DNA from: Octopus vulgaris
Taxonomy: Eukaryota
Direction: 5' to 3'
Assembly (NCBI GenBank): GCA_951406725.2
Contig: OX597833.1
Coordinates: 54,250,001-54,314,000, forward strand
DNA length: 64,000 nt
The notes under the pieces are model-generated. The model had not been told where the DNA came from, made no database searches, and was given only the letters and a program-made list of their open reading frames with translations. Both the position numbers and the translations under genes were made by a program. Each line of letters starts with the position of its first letter. The stretch's first letter is position 1. Below, one piece after another: positions 11,513-24,816 of this stretch.

Positions 11513-11958
11513 TTAATATCACTTTTTCCATTCTGGTATGAGCTGAACGGTTTGAGAAGAACGGATGAGCTAGAGGGGCCTGCCAGTTTCTATATCTGCT
11601 TTGCCATGGTTTCTACAGCTGGATGCCCTTCCTTAATGTCAACCACTTCACAGAGTGTGCGGGGTGCTTTTTACACAGCACCAACATCAGTGAGGTTGCC
11701 ATGTAGCCACAAGATAAGACCCTTCAACCGAGTGGGGCATAAACTGGAGGAATAAGAAATTATGACAGAAGGAGAAGAGCAGATACATATATATATATGT
11801 ATGTATGTATGTATATATATAGAAGAATAAGAATAGAAAATCTTTGCTGCAGTATTATATACTTGAAAAAATTAATATAAATGGCTTTCCTGATAATTTT
11901 TCCACGTAAACATCTAATAATTAAAGTGGAAAAATTATCAGAAAAGTCATTCATTTCT

Positions 11959-12056
<98 letters not shown>

Positions 12057-12483
12057 TGTGAAGATACTTGCCCAAGGTGCTGTGTAGAGGGACTGAACCC
12101 AAGATTCAGTAGTTACAAAGCAAACTTCTTAACTACGCCACCTATGTCTACATATATGACTTATTCGTTTTATATATATTGCATTGTTACTGAAATGGAA
12201 ACGTTTTTACATCATTTTACATCCATTATTTTGTGTCTACAAATTTACATTACTTCATAACCAGTCTCTGTCTCTGTCTCTTCCTCTCTCTGTCTCTCTG
12301 CCTCTCTGTCTCTTCGTCTCTCTGTCTCTTTCTGTGTCTATCTCTCTCTTCTTCACTTTTTTTGCCATCTATGTGTCTACAAATATAACATGTATTTAAA
12401 CATCATGTTCATGTGTGTGTGTGTGTGTGTGTGTGTGTGCTTTGGTGTAAAAATATATTTGTTGAACATATTTAAATACCACA

Positions 12484-12518
<35 letters not shown>

Positions 12519-12699
12519 TATACACACAAACACACACATATGCACAAATGCACATAAAGTCAATAAGTTTATCTCACATAAGTTCTAACCAAACTATTTT
12601 CTTATGCAAATTAAATATTAACAGAATCAAGAGCATACACAAGCATTGTTGTGTGTGTATTACCGGTATCAAGAAGATACTGTGTCAATATATTTGGAA

Positions 12700-12703
12700 C
12701 CAA

Positions 12704-12744
<41 letters not shown>

Positions 12745-12859
12745 TGTCTGTGTATCTACACATATGCACATATATATTCATTATATATATATGTATATAT
12801 ATATATATATATCTTATATATATATATGTATGTGTCTGTATGTATATATAAATATACAT

Positions 12860-12913
<54 letters not shown>

Positions 12914-12915
12914 AT

Positions 12916-12960
<45 letters not shown>

Positions 12961-12964
12961 TATG

Positions 12965-13059
<95 letters not shown>

Positions 13060-13085
13060 TATGTATATATATATATTTATATATA
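12700..13085. repeat. (TA)n-rich microsatellite field (others at 9115-9215, 18405-18780, 20425-20880, 28265-28395, 39825-40260, 57110-57620, 58410-59295, 61770-61855)
   Basis: Directly visible. Confidence 0.95.
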
Positions 13086-13350
13086 CAGGGTGTCCCCAAA
13101 AATGTATACACACTTTAAATAATTGTAAAGTAGTGTTTATTAAAAGACATTTCATTTTCAAAATTTAATGGACTCTACAGACATTATTTTATCACTTTGT
13201 CAACGCCTGTTTTCAAACTGACGTCCGTTTTGGTCCAGGCAATGGAATCACAAATATCACAAAACAATTCGGTTGGTATTTGTGTGCATTCTCATTTAAT
13301 GGCCGCTCTCAAATCAGTGACTGTTGCCGGTTTCATGGCATAGACTTTAT
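13086..13350 (-). mobile_element. Tc1/mariner-superfamily transposon 3' end
   Basis: TA-CAGGGTGTCCC TIR. The minus strand translates KVYAMKPATVTDLRAAIK*ECTQIPTELF...LDQNGRQFENRR*, typical of Tc1/Tc3-like transposase C-termini. Confidence 0.75.
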
Positions 13351-13874
13351 CAACAGGTTGTCCTGTAGAAACCTCCAGTTGTCTTCCACATCATGTGATG
13401 TTATATCCCCTTCTATTTTGTCAAAGGCTTCGAGTAATATGTCTCTAAATCTCTGTCCATTCACAGGATCTTTAAGCTTCCAGACCCTTCTCCTCCAAGC
13501 AGGTCGTCTTCTGAGCATCCATTTAGCCCTGATCCTGAAGCCGCTAACTACTAGTCTATGTTGTGGGGTATATTCTTCGCCTGGGAAGGTTTTGGCCTTT
13601 ATATATAAGCAGCCATCTTTCCCTTTTTCTGGCGAGGATGTGGTGTTGGTGACGATGATGATGATGAAGATAATGGTGATGATGATGATGATGATGATGA
13701 TTATGATGATGACAACAAAGATAATGGCAGGATGTAATGATGATGATGATGATGATGATGATGATGCTGACAACAAAGATAATGGTAGGGTGATGATGAT
13801 GATGATGATGATGATCAAAGCTAATGGTGGTGGTGATGTTGATGATGATGACGACGACGATAATGGTAGGGTGT

Positions 13875-13911
<37 letters not shown>

Positions 13912-13965
13912 CAAAGCTAATGGTGGTGGTGATGTTGATGACGATGACGACGACGATAATGGTGG

Positions 13966-14001
<36 letters not shown>

Positions 14002-14155
14002 CAACAACAAAGATAATGGTAGGGTGATCATGATAATGATGATGATGATGATGATGATCAAAGCTGTAGTCAATTTGGCTAGTGTGTCTGCCAGAACAGT
14101 AGGTGACAAGGTGACTGGCAGGTTTCCTGGAGTTAGTATTGCAAACCATAAGCCT
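13350..14155 (-). mobile_element. RTE LINE endonuclease-region fragment split by a 426-bp (GAT)n-rich insertion (13640-14065)
   Basis: LMVCNTNSRKPASHLVTYCSGRHTSQIDY / ILARKRERWLLI.. AKTFPGEEYTPQHRLVVS..WKLKD: the end of an APE domain, as in RTE elements. Confidence 0.85.
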
Positions 14156-14497
14156 CTCTCATATCGTTCTAATTTTATACCAAAAGATGGCATCAGATCT
14201 ATCTGTAGTAGGTCCTTTACCATCACCTTTCATTATTGCTAACCATTATTCTCACTTCATATCTCCCCGCCCCCTTTTTTTTTCTCTCTCTCTCTCTTAC
14301 CTCTACTGATGTGGTTCAGCAAAAGAGATGAATAAGAATAGAAAATCATATATATATATATATATATGTAGGATCCAGTCCAGGTGACAACATAGGTGAG
14401 TTAGATACATGTTACATCAATTATGCATTGATATAAATTGTCCAATAAAGCCAGAAACATATGTACTGCTAAATCCTTTGCATCCTGTTTTTCTTTT

Positions 14498-14544
<47 letters not shown>

Positions 14545-14772
14545 CTGCTCTTCTCCTTCTGTCATAGTTTCTTATTCCTCCAGTTTATGCCCCACTCGGT
14601 TGAAGTGTCTTATCTTGTGGCTACATGGCAACCTGACTTAAGAATAAATACTAAAATGGATTTATATCACTAAACCCTTTAAGTAGGTAGGTAACTCAGA
14701 ATGGCTGCCATCCAATGACTGATACACGTGAAAGATATAAAATATACTTTAATACAAAATAAATTGCTGATA

Positions 14773-15190
14773 GGCGCAGGAGTGGCTGTGTGGTAAGTAG
14801 CTTGTTTACCAGCCACATGGTTCCGGGTTCAGTCCCACTGTGTGGCACCTTGGGCAAGTGTCTTCTACTATAGCCTTGAGCCGACCAAAGCCTTGTGAGT
14901 GGATTTGGTAGACAGAAACTGAAAGAAGCCCGTCGTATATATGTATATATATGTGTGTGTGTGTGCATGTATGTTTGTGTGTCTGTGTTTGTCCCCCTAG
15001 CATTGCTTGACAACCGATGCTGGTGTGTTTATGTCCCCGTCACTTAGTGGTTCGGCAAAAGAGACCGATGGAATAAGTACTGGGCTTACAAAGAATAAGT
15101 CCCGGGGTCGAGTTGCTCGATTAAAAAAAAAAGGCGGTGCTCCAGCATGGCCGCAGTCAAATGACTGAAACAAGTAAAAGAGTAAAAGTG
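14773..15190 (+). mobile_element. SINE family A, full length
   Basis: Head, body and GTAAAAGA tail present. Confidence 0.92.
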
Positions 15191-15481
15191 TATAGTAATA
15201 TGAAATAATACTAATAGACAAAAGACCACACACGGGGAATGTATTTAAAGTGTTTTCATTAATACAAGTCAATTAATCATTGTACAGCTGAGAATAGCTG
15301 AGAGAAACAAAGATCAGAAGCAGCGATATCGTTAAGCAAATTGCAGACAATCATTGTCGCTGTTACACAAGGCTGCACGTCAGGTAATAAACGACCTTGA
15401 ATCATTGACAAAATAGAACAATCTTTTATCTTTTACTTGCTTCAGTCATTAGACCATGGCCATGGTGGAGCATCATCTTAA

Positions 15482-15704
15482 CCCTTTAGCATTCACAATA
15501 TTCTGTCGAAAGTAATGCTTATTTAGTCGCTTTGTTTTTGAATTAATCATGCACTGTCTTGTAGCTTTGAGATTTTGACGAGGTAACTGTTAATTGTTTT
15601 ATAATGATATTGCAGGGTTGGTATGTGAGGATAGATTGCGCTACTTTGAACATAAAACAGGTAGAATATTTCGACCAGATATGGTCAGTTTAAATGCTGA
15701 AGGG
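15482..15704. mobile_element. piggyBac-type MITE (TTAA TSD)
   Basis: TTAA-CCCTTTAGCATT ... AATGCTGAAGGG-TTAA. Confidence 0.8.
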
Positions 15705-15746
15705 TTAAAGAGTTTAATCAAAGAAAACAACCCCAGTAATTATATA

Positions 15747-16966
15747 TTGGGTTGGCAACTAAGTTCCCACCATTTTTTAAAAATTTTGGAATCTATTTTT
15801 TTCAAGAATTCTATTTTTGAATCATTTTGGAATCTATTTAGCTTTTTTCTTCCAGTTAATTTTAATTAATTTTTGTTTTTTTTTCAGATCATTAAAATGT
15901 AATGTCAAGTTAAGGAAAACAAGCATTTTCGACAGCTCTTCCTTTTGGCTTTTAATCAAGGTTCCAAGGCTGCAAAAGCTGCTCACGACATTTGTGCTGT
16001 GCCATAGCTGAAAGAGCCACTTGTGATTGGTATTTTCAAAAATGAAAATTTTGACCTCAAAGATGCACCTTGTTCTGGCTGTCCAGTTGAGTTCGATGAA
16101 GAGCGATTAAACCAACTTTTGCACGAAAATTCTTGCCAAACGGCAATGGAACTGGTAGAGAAAATGGAATGCTTCCACACTGCTATAGAGAAGCATCTTC
16201 ACTCGATGGGAAAGGTTCAGAAGTATGGAGCATGGGTTCCACATGCTTTAAGTGACAACAACAAAGTCAACGAGCCACAATCTCCACTGGTTTGCTTGCT
16301 TGTCACCACTCAACTCATGGACACACGTAGCCATGTCTTTACTGAATCGTTAATGGCGATGAAAAATGGTGCCTGTACATCAATATGAAGCAGCGTAAGG
16401 AATGGCTTAACTCTGGTAAACAAGTGACACCACGTGAAACAAGATCTTCATCCGCATGAAACGATGTTGTGCGTATGGTGGAACTGGGAAGGGATTATCC
16501 ATTACGAATTGCTTGAACGGAACCAAACAGTCAATGCGGAAATCTATGTTCAACAGATGGAATGACTCAGCAAAGCTATTCAAGAGAAAAGACCTAATCG
16601 GCAGTATGGAGTTCTTCTGCTGCACGATAACGCTGGCCCTCATATCACCAATATGACCAAGGGAGCCATTCAAACGCATGGCTGGGAAGTGCTGCCACAC
16701 CTGCCATACTCTCCTAATTTGGCACCAATGGATTTACACCTCTTTCAAAAGCTATGTGAGGAATTTCGTTCAATACTGATGCAGAATTAAGAGCTTGGTT
16801 GGGTCAAACTTTTGAGTCAAAATCAGGTGATTTCTAACAACGAGGTATTGAAAATCTTGTTGAACGTTATGAAGAAGTTGTAAACAACAAGGGTGAATAC
16901 ATTATTGATTAATTAGTTGTTATTTTTTATTAAACCTTTAAAAAAAATTAAATTTAAAAAACGGTG
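15747..16966 (+). mobile_element. Near full-length decayed mariner element
   Basis: TA-TTGGGTTGGCAACTAAGTTCCCACC left TIR. The right TIR is reduced to AAAAAACGGTGG. Contains a transposase pseudogene. Confidence 0.92.
15897..16912 (+). pseudogene. Mariner transposase pseudogene
   Basis: Motifs DAPCSGCP, GAWVPHALS, GDEKW, LLHDNAGPH, HLPYSPNLAP and ending NKGEYIID*, with several stops and frameshifts. Confidence 0.92.
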
Positions 16967-18193
16967 GTGGCATGTAAAAAGCACCATATGAATGTGGTCT
17001 ATGCCAGTGCTACCTGACTGGCTCCCATACCGGTTGCATGTAAAAAGCACCATTCAAGCATGGCCATTGCCAGTGCTGCCTGACTGGCTGGCTCCCATGC
17101 TGGTGGCATGTAAAAATCACCATTCAAGCATAGTTGATGCCAGTATTGCCTGACTGGCTCTTTTGCACATAAAGAGCACCTACTATGCTCTCGGAGTTGT
17201 TGGTTTTAGGATGGGCATCCAGCTGTAGAAACCTTACCAGATCAGATTGGAGCCTAGTGCAGCCTCCTGGCTTGCCAGTCCTCAATCAAACCGTCCAACC
17301 CATGCCAGCATGGAAAGCAGACGTTAAACGATGATGATGATTACTCTGTCAAATGTACTCCTTATCCATTCACATTATTTTGAATTGTTTGTTCCTTCTC
17401 GAGCCATGCCTGGCTTATTAGGGCCGGTTTCCTGGTTTCCTTGGCATATAGGTTCTTCTTGTGGGCAATAAAGAAAAAGAAAAGAAAAAAAAGAAAAATA
17501 AGGCTATGAGATAATGCATAATTAATTCAAAATGGGAATAAATAAGCATTGCATTTGACAGAGTAACCTAAATACTAAAGGGCTAGATAAAATATCTAAC
17601 AGTTGTGGCTGTGTGGTAAGAATTTGTTTCCTAAGTACATGGTTGCAGGTTCAGGCCCACAGCGTGGCATCCTTGGAAAAACTTTCTTCTACTTCAGCCT
17701 CAGGTCAACTAAAGCTTTGCAAATGGATTTGGTAACTGGAAACTGAAAGAAGATTGTCATATAAGTGTGTGTGTGTGTGTGTGGGCGTGTGTCTTTGTGT
17801 GTGTTTTATTGTTTCCTTGCAATGGTATCACGTGATAGTTGTAAATGAGTGTCACTGTTATGCAAGCAATGTCCTTTGTTTCCCATCTTCCATGAAAACA
17901 TGTCTGGCCATGGGGAAATATTACATTGCTTGAAAACAAATGAGGGTTTGTGACAGGAAGAGCAGCCAGGCTGTAGAAAGATGGAATCAGTAGTGGATGC
18001 TAAGATGATGATGATTGTAGTATTTCATTTTTGTAGTTAGCTTGTAAGATTCCTGATGTGAACTTGCGAGTTGAAATAAAAAAAATTTTTTTGTATCTTG
18101 GGAGGCTCAAAATGCCAATAGTAAGTCCATATACTGGTTCTATTTCAAATCCATTATTATCATTATTATATCATTATTATTATTATTGTTATG

Positions 18194-18252
<59 letters not shown>

Positions 18253-18349
18253 CATTAATAATAATAATAATAATAATGGGGATATTACCCCCTCTACCAC
18301 CACCAATACAACCAAGTCATTCTTTCAAGTATTGTCAAACTCCTAGTAC

Positions 18350-18573
18350 CTCATTATTCAATTATAATTATACAACCAAATTTTCAACAATAAACAAAAG
18401 AATATGTGTATATATATATATTTATATATATATATATATATATATGTATAGATGTACATATATATAAATATATGAATGTAAATATATATATATTCTTTTA
18501 TTTATTCTTTAATATTTGGTTGTGTAATTACAATTGAATAATGAACTACTATGCATATATATATATATATACT

Positions 18574-18605
<32 letters not shown>

Positions 18606-18835
18606 CATATATGCATATATGTATATATGTATGTATGCCTACATGTATATGTAATATATTTACATATGTATATACACATATATATGCATATACATGCATG
18701 TATGTGTGTGCATATATATACATATATATATATGTATGTATGTATATGTGTATACACACGTATATATATATATATATATATTCTTTTGTTCATTGTTTAA
18801 AATTTGGCTGTATATAATTACAATTGGATAATGAG
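18350..18835. repeat. Inverted repeats (~55 bp) around (TA)n: left arm 18350-18405, right arms 18491-18545 and 18779-18835
   Basis: TCATTATTCAATTATAATTATACAACCAAATTTTCAACAATAAACAAAAGAAT versus its diverged reverse complements. Confidence 0.75.
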
Positions 18836-19054
18836 CTCCTACATACATACATATATACATACATACATACATACATACATGCATACATACATGCATATAT
18901 ATATATATATATACACAAACACACTTGCATATTCATAAATGTTCACATTTGTACACATGCATACTCAAAAAAGCACACCTAAAATATAATACACAAACCT
19001 ATATAAAAAAAAAATACTGCATAAACGCTTTACAGAGTGAAATAAATTAGTTTT

Positions 19055-19135
19055 AACCATGGCGGCAAACTAATTATTCCCCTTTGTGAACATTTTGTAT
19101 TTCCTGTTCGCGAGACAAAAACCAATTCCGCCCAA
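19055..19135. promoter_or_regulatory. Candidate promoter-like motif cluster
   Basis: Within 80 bp of unique, CpG-containing DNA: CCATGGCGGC (YY1-like), ATTTCCTGT (ETS-like), TCGCGAGA, CCAAT, CCGCCC. Confidence 0.3.
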
Positions 19136-20049
19136 ACTCATTTGACACACCCATCTTTTTCTCAGTCAAACAACATAAAGAGCAGCCGACACTGTGCTGT
19201 TAAAGATCATGCTAACTCCCCCATTGTATAGCATATTTAATTAATTCTAGGTAATTAAAATTTCAAGGCAGTGAGAGACGACAAAGTTGTTAGGATCATC
19301 ATCATCGTTATATAACATCTGTTTTCCATCGATGAGTGCATGGGTTGGATGGTTTGAGAGAAACCGGTAAGACCAGGGGCCACATCAGGATCTGTTGTCT
19401 GTTTTGGCTCGGTTTCTGCAACTGGGTGCCCTTCTTAAAGCCAACCACTTTACGGAGTGTATTGGGCACTTTATTAGTGGCACTATCACCACTGCTTTTT
19501 ATGTGACACTTTTACATAGCACCAGCACTTTTTCATGCGACACCAGCATCAGTGCTTTTTATGTGGCACCAGCACCAGTGCTTTTCACATGGCACCATTA
19601 CCGGTGCTTTTTGTGGTACCATCATCAGAGAGAGCAGTGCATGCCATAAAAGCGACACTGGGGTAAAATATACGATGCCCAGTATACCCATCACGACTAC
19701 TCGTCTGATAAGGGTACACTAGGCACATGAGGTTGATGTAATCGACCATCCCACCACCCCAACTCCCCTCAAATTTCAGGGTCTGTGCCCATATTAGGAA
19801 AGATTATTAGGCTGGTGTTTGGAAGATAAATCGAAATGAAATTTTGATGTCAGGTTTTAAATAAGATCATTTCGAAAGAGGAATTTTGAGCCACGAAACC
19901 AGAGGCAGTTTTGGACAAGCTGGCATCAAAAGACTGAAAGAAGCCCAAATGAGACGAAAGCAAAGGTTAGTTGCAGAAGGATTTGAAGTCAGAATGCAAA
20001 ACAAAATAATGCTGTTAAGTACTGCAAAACCTTTCATAGGAAAACTCAC

Positions 20050-20082
20050 CAATTCTGCTCATCCAATTCTCTGTGTAAATAA
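20050..20082 (-). other. Candidate 33-nt micro-exon
   Basis: TTTTTTTACTTTAG | TTATTTACACAGAGAATTGGATGAGCAGAATTG | GTGAGT. Open in two frames (YLHRELDEQN or IYTENWMSRI). Confidence 0.35.
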
Positions 20083-20425
20083 CTAAAGTAAAAAAAATGA
20101 CTTTTTAATTATGAAAGCTGAGTAAAAAAAAAAAGAACAAAACAAAACAAAAAAAATTAAAATAAGAACAATGATATAAAAAAAAAAGCAAGAGAGAAAG
20201 AAAATAAGTAAATGATAAAAATCCACTTGAAAAAGTATTGGAAGTTAACGTTTGTTTAGTTTTTATAATATCTTGTTGTTTGACAAATTATAATATCACT
20301 CGAGTTGCTCTGAAACACTTGTACTGGATATCTACTTCATTTCAATATCTAGTGGACGTAAGTGTATGTCCAATGCACACACACGCATGCACACACACTA
20401 TAGATATAAATATAATGTGTGTATG

Positions 20426-20491
<66 letters not shown>

Positions 20492-21522
20492 AACACACAC
20501 TATATGTGTGTATATATATACATCATATATAAATATATATTTACATTTATATATATATATATATATATCATATATTTATATATATATATATATACAAACA
20601 CACACTATATAATATGTATGTATGTATACATTATATATATATATATATATACAAATATATATATATACAAATATATATACAAATATATATACAAATATAT
20701 ATATATATACAAATATATATATATAATGTAAAATATATATAATAGTCATACATATAAATATTAATTACATAAATATAAGGTATACATAATGTAATAGAAT
20801 ATATGTCTATATAAATGTATAATATATGTATATAGAAATATATGATATATATGTATGTGTATATATATATATATATATATATCATATGTGCACATGCATT
20901 ATTGCATTTGTACACTCACAGATACACATGCAACTGCACACTTAGCCATCATATACACACTCATATATATACATGCAGGCCTGCAAATATGCAAACTTAT
21001 TTATCTCTAAAACTATCTGTCTATTTTCTCCTCTTCCTTTATGTGTGTGTGTGTGTGGGCATATACACATATGTACATACATACATACATATACATATAC
21101 ACATATACCCACAGAGTTGAATGTACATAAGAGTATATTTGCACAGACGACAAACACCCGTTCATACGTAAATGTAAGCAGGTGCCTGTACATACACACA
21201 CAATGATGTGATGGGCACATATGCACATACATACGAATTTACATAGCATGGAACACTAGATGTAAATGAAATGATCAATATGTATACACACCTGCACACA
21301 TATATACACATACAGACATAGACCCATATATATGTGTAAATATACATATATATTACGTGTAATTATATATAAACATATGGGTGCAGGTGTGCTTCCCAAC
21401 CACATGGTTCTGGGTTCAGTCCCACTGTGTGGCACCTTGGCCAAGTGTCTTTTACTATAGCCTCGGGCCAACCAAAGCTTTGTGAATGGATTTGGCAGAC
21501 AGAAACTGAAAGAAGCCCGTCG

Positions 21523-21555
<33 letters not shown>

Positions 21556-22134
21556 AATAAATAATATAAATATAAGAGAGTGGTCACTATATTGATCACT
21601 CTAGCACCAGTTAATCCAAAAGGTTTCAGCCACGAAAATACATGTTTCCCATGAAAGCCAGTACGACTGTTAGCTCACACGGACAGGGCAAATAAAAAAT
21701 AACAAAAATACAGATTATACAAATTGAGATAGGGGTTGTAAATACAACCCTCCATGGGATAACATATATCCAATATACTACTAGTGAAGTACCCAACAAA
21801 GTTAATACATAAATGTTAAGAATTGCGATGCAATAAATTAATTCACTGTATTATATGGGCAAAGGTAAAATGTTTTACCACAAATTAATAATACAAAATA
21901 AGAAAATGGAGAAATACATCTTAATCAATTATCAACTACCAGGTAATACCCAATCACATAATTTATTAAACCACTACATATGAACATTAAGGTCAAACAT
22001 AATAATATAGAACAAAACAAGTACATCAATGAGTAATATGATACAATAAGTACAATATGTATAAGAGAATATAAATAAATATAAATATAAATATATACTA
22101 CATCTTGCAGCTATATATATATATATATATATAT

Positions 22135-22360
22135 ATTGTTATATTTCGGAATGGTCATATATTTGACGAAAGAACTCTGGCCGAAATAAGATTAAGATTA
22201 ATGTAAAAAATAAATATCACTGAAGCAAAATAACACCAAATATATAGGGCGTGTGTTTTTATTGGCTAAACTGGCAATATGACCATTCCGAAATATAACA
22301 ATATCTGTTTCAACACACGACTTCACATAAAAAATCTTGCACAACAAATATTTAAACGTA
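22135..22360 (+). mobile_element. Short PLE-like element with an inverted 5' arm
   Basis: ATTGTTATATTTCGGAATGGTCATAT (22135-22160) is inverted at 22277-22302, followed by a ~58-bp tail resembling that of the 38590 element. It sits in (TA)n. A rearranged relative lies at ~34890-34960. Confidence 0.55.
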
Positions 22361-22756
22361 TATATATATATATTTATGTATGTATATGTTTGTGTGTCTG
22401 TGTTTGTTCTCCCACCCTCACTTGACAACCGATGCTGGTGTGTTTATGTCCCCGTATCTTCGAGGTTCAGCATAAGATACCAATAGAATAAGTACTAGGT
22501 TTACAAAGAATATGTCTGTGTTTGTCCCCACCCACCATCGCTTGACAAAGAATAAGTCCTGAGGTCGATTTATTCGACTAAAGGCGGTGTTCCAGCATGG
22601 CCACGGTCAAATGACCGAAACAAGTAAAAGACCAAAAGAATAAAACAGAATGAAAACGAAGCCAGGGGAAGAAATTAGTGAAGGTTTTTTGGCCCAAAAG
22701 AGGAACAAGAAACCAGACATTGAACCTTAAAATAGTAAATGAAAAGAATTATAAAT

Positions 22757-23180
22757 GGCTGTGTGGTAAGTAGCTTGTTTACCAACCACATGGTTCCGGT
22801 TTCAGTCCCACTGCGTGACACCTTGGGCAAGTGTCTTCTACTATAGCCTCAGGCCAACCAAAGCCTTGTGAATGGATTTGGTAGACGGAAACTGAAAGAA
22901 GCCTGTCATATATATGTATATATATATATATGTATGTGTATGTGTGTGTGTGTTTGTGTGTCTGTGTTTGTCCCCAATCCCCAACATCGCTTGACAACCG
23001 ATGCTGGTGTGTTTACGTTCCCGTCACCTAGCGGTTCGACAAAAGAGACCGATAGAATAAGTACTGGGCTTACAAAGAATAAGTCTCGGGGTCGATTTGC
23101 TCAACTAAAGGCGGTGCTCCAGCATGGCCACAGTCAAATGACTGAAACAAGTAAAAGAGTAAAAGAGTAAAGTGTAAAGA
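22757..23180 (+). mobile_element. SINE family A (partial copies also at 21378-21525 and 22380-22640)
   Basis: Matches family A. Confidence 0.9.
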
Positions 23181-23404
23181 GTATAATAAAGAGTATAATA
23201 ATGGTTTCAGCCATTTCGAGGAGGGGGTAACTCGGTTGCATCAACCCCAGTGATCAGCTGGTGCTTATTTTTTTTTGACCCTGAGAGGATGATAGGTAAA
23301 GGTTGACCTCAGTGGAGTTTGAACTCAGAACGGAAAAAAGACAGAAGAAATGCTGCTGAACATTTTGCTTGGCATGCTAACGATTCTGCCTGCTCACCAC
23401 ATTA

Positions 23405-24143
23405 ATATAACGATGACATCTTTTTATGTTTCATTGATTATACCAGCGCTTTCGATAATGTTTCACATGATGTCCTATGGATCAATAGCATCAAATTTAG
23501 ATTCTCTTCTCATATAGTAGACCTTATCAAAAACTTATATGTGTAACATAGTGCAGTTGTTCAAACAATTTTACTTCCTTATTGCCCACAAGGGGCTAAA
23601 CATAGAGGGGACGAACAAGGACAGACAAAGAGATTAAGTCGATTACATCAACCCCAATGCACAACTGGTACTTAATTTATCGACCCCAAAAGGATGAAAG
23701 GCAGAGTCGACCTCGGCGGAATTTGAACTCAGAACGTAACGGCAGACAAAATACCGCTAAGCATTTTGCCTAGCACCCTAATGTTTCTGCCAACTCCCAC
23801 CTTTTTCCATTCTTATTTCTTTATTGCCCACAAGGGGCTAAACATAGAGGGAATAAATAAGGACAGACAAAGGGATTAAGTTGATTAGATTGACCCCAGT
23901 GCGTAACTTGTACTTAATTTATTGACCCCGAAAGGATGAAATGGCAAAGTCGACCTTGGCGGAATTTGAACTCAGAACCTAATGGCAGACAAAATACCAC
24001 AAAGCATTTTGCCCAGCATGCTAACATTTCTGCCAGCTCGCCACCTTTGTTCAAACAATCTATGACCTAACAGAGTGGTTTGATGTCGAACAAGGCATCT
24101 GCCAGGGTTGCATCCTTTCTCTGCGCCTCTTTAATATACATTC
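23405..24143 (+). mobile_element. RTE LINE reverse transcriptase fragment interrupted by a SINE-B dimer
   Basis: IFLCFIDYTSAFDNVSHDVLW...IVDLIKNLY, then after the insertion LTEWFDVEQGICQGCILSLRLFNI (RT motifs). Confidence 0.85.
23570..24046 (-). mobile_element. Head-to-tail dimer of SINE family B with one 13-bp TSD
   Basis: Two complete copies; TTGTTCAAACAAT at 23557-23569 and 24047-24059. Confidence 0.9.
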
Positions 24144-24147
24144 TAAG

Positions 24148-24670
24148 GCCCTTCCTAATGCCAACCACTCTGTGAGTGGAATGGGTGCTTTAACATTCCT
24201 CTAGCATGAGTACCATTTGCATGACACCAGTATCTGCCATGACTGCAATTTTGCTCGGCTTGATGGGTCTTCTTTTCAAGTACAACATAATGCCAAAGGT
24301 CTTGGTCATTGCCTCTGTGAGACCCAGCACTTGAAAGGAACTCAGCCACTTTGACTCCATGAGGCCCAACACTCGAAAGATGTTCTTTAGGTACCACTGG
24401 CATGGGTGCCAGTTACTTGATACCAGCATCAACCATGACTACGATTTCATTTCACTTTACAGGTCTTCTCAAGCATAGCATATTACTAAAGGTCTCAGTC
24501 ACTAGTCATTGCATCTGTGAGGCTCAAATTTCAAAGACCATGCTTCACCACTTCACCTATGTCTTCATTGGTCTACCTCCACCAGAAGTTCCCTCCATAA
24601 TTAGAGAGTGGCACTTCTTTAAACAGCTGTCCTCGTCCATATGCCTCATATGACCATATCAGCACAGTCC
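24148..24670 (-). mobile_element. RTE LINE 3' end (C-terminus and 3' UTR, partly duplicated)
   Basis: Minus strand YGHMRHMDEDSCLKKCHSLIMEGTSGGGRP, and LGLTEAMT...LWHYVVLEK. Confidence 0.8.
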
Positions 24671-24816
24671 CTCAACTGGGTCAACATTTAGTAGACTCTC
24701 CACAAGGATGATAGGATTTGAATGCAAAATATTAAAAAACAAAAACAGTAAATATATGAATTTTCACAAGATGCTTCTTTTGATGCTCCAACAATTCTGC
24801 CATGTCACTACTTTAA

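Noticed and set aside
13280-14242. 320-aa and 297-aa ORFs
   Set aside because: They are open only because of the (GAT)n insertion; the real coding signal is a broken RTE fragment.
21590-21700. GAAACATGTA / GGCTGAAAC hammerhead-like half motifs; also TTGAAAA at ~41562 and TTGACGAA at ~22158
   Set aside because: The other half of the core is missing or too degenerate to call without a consensus.
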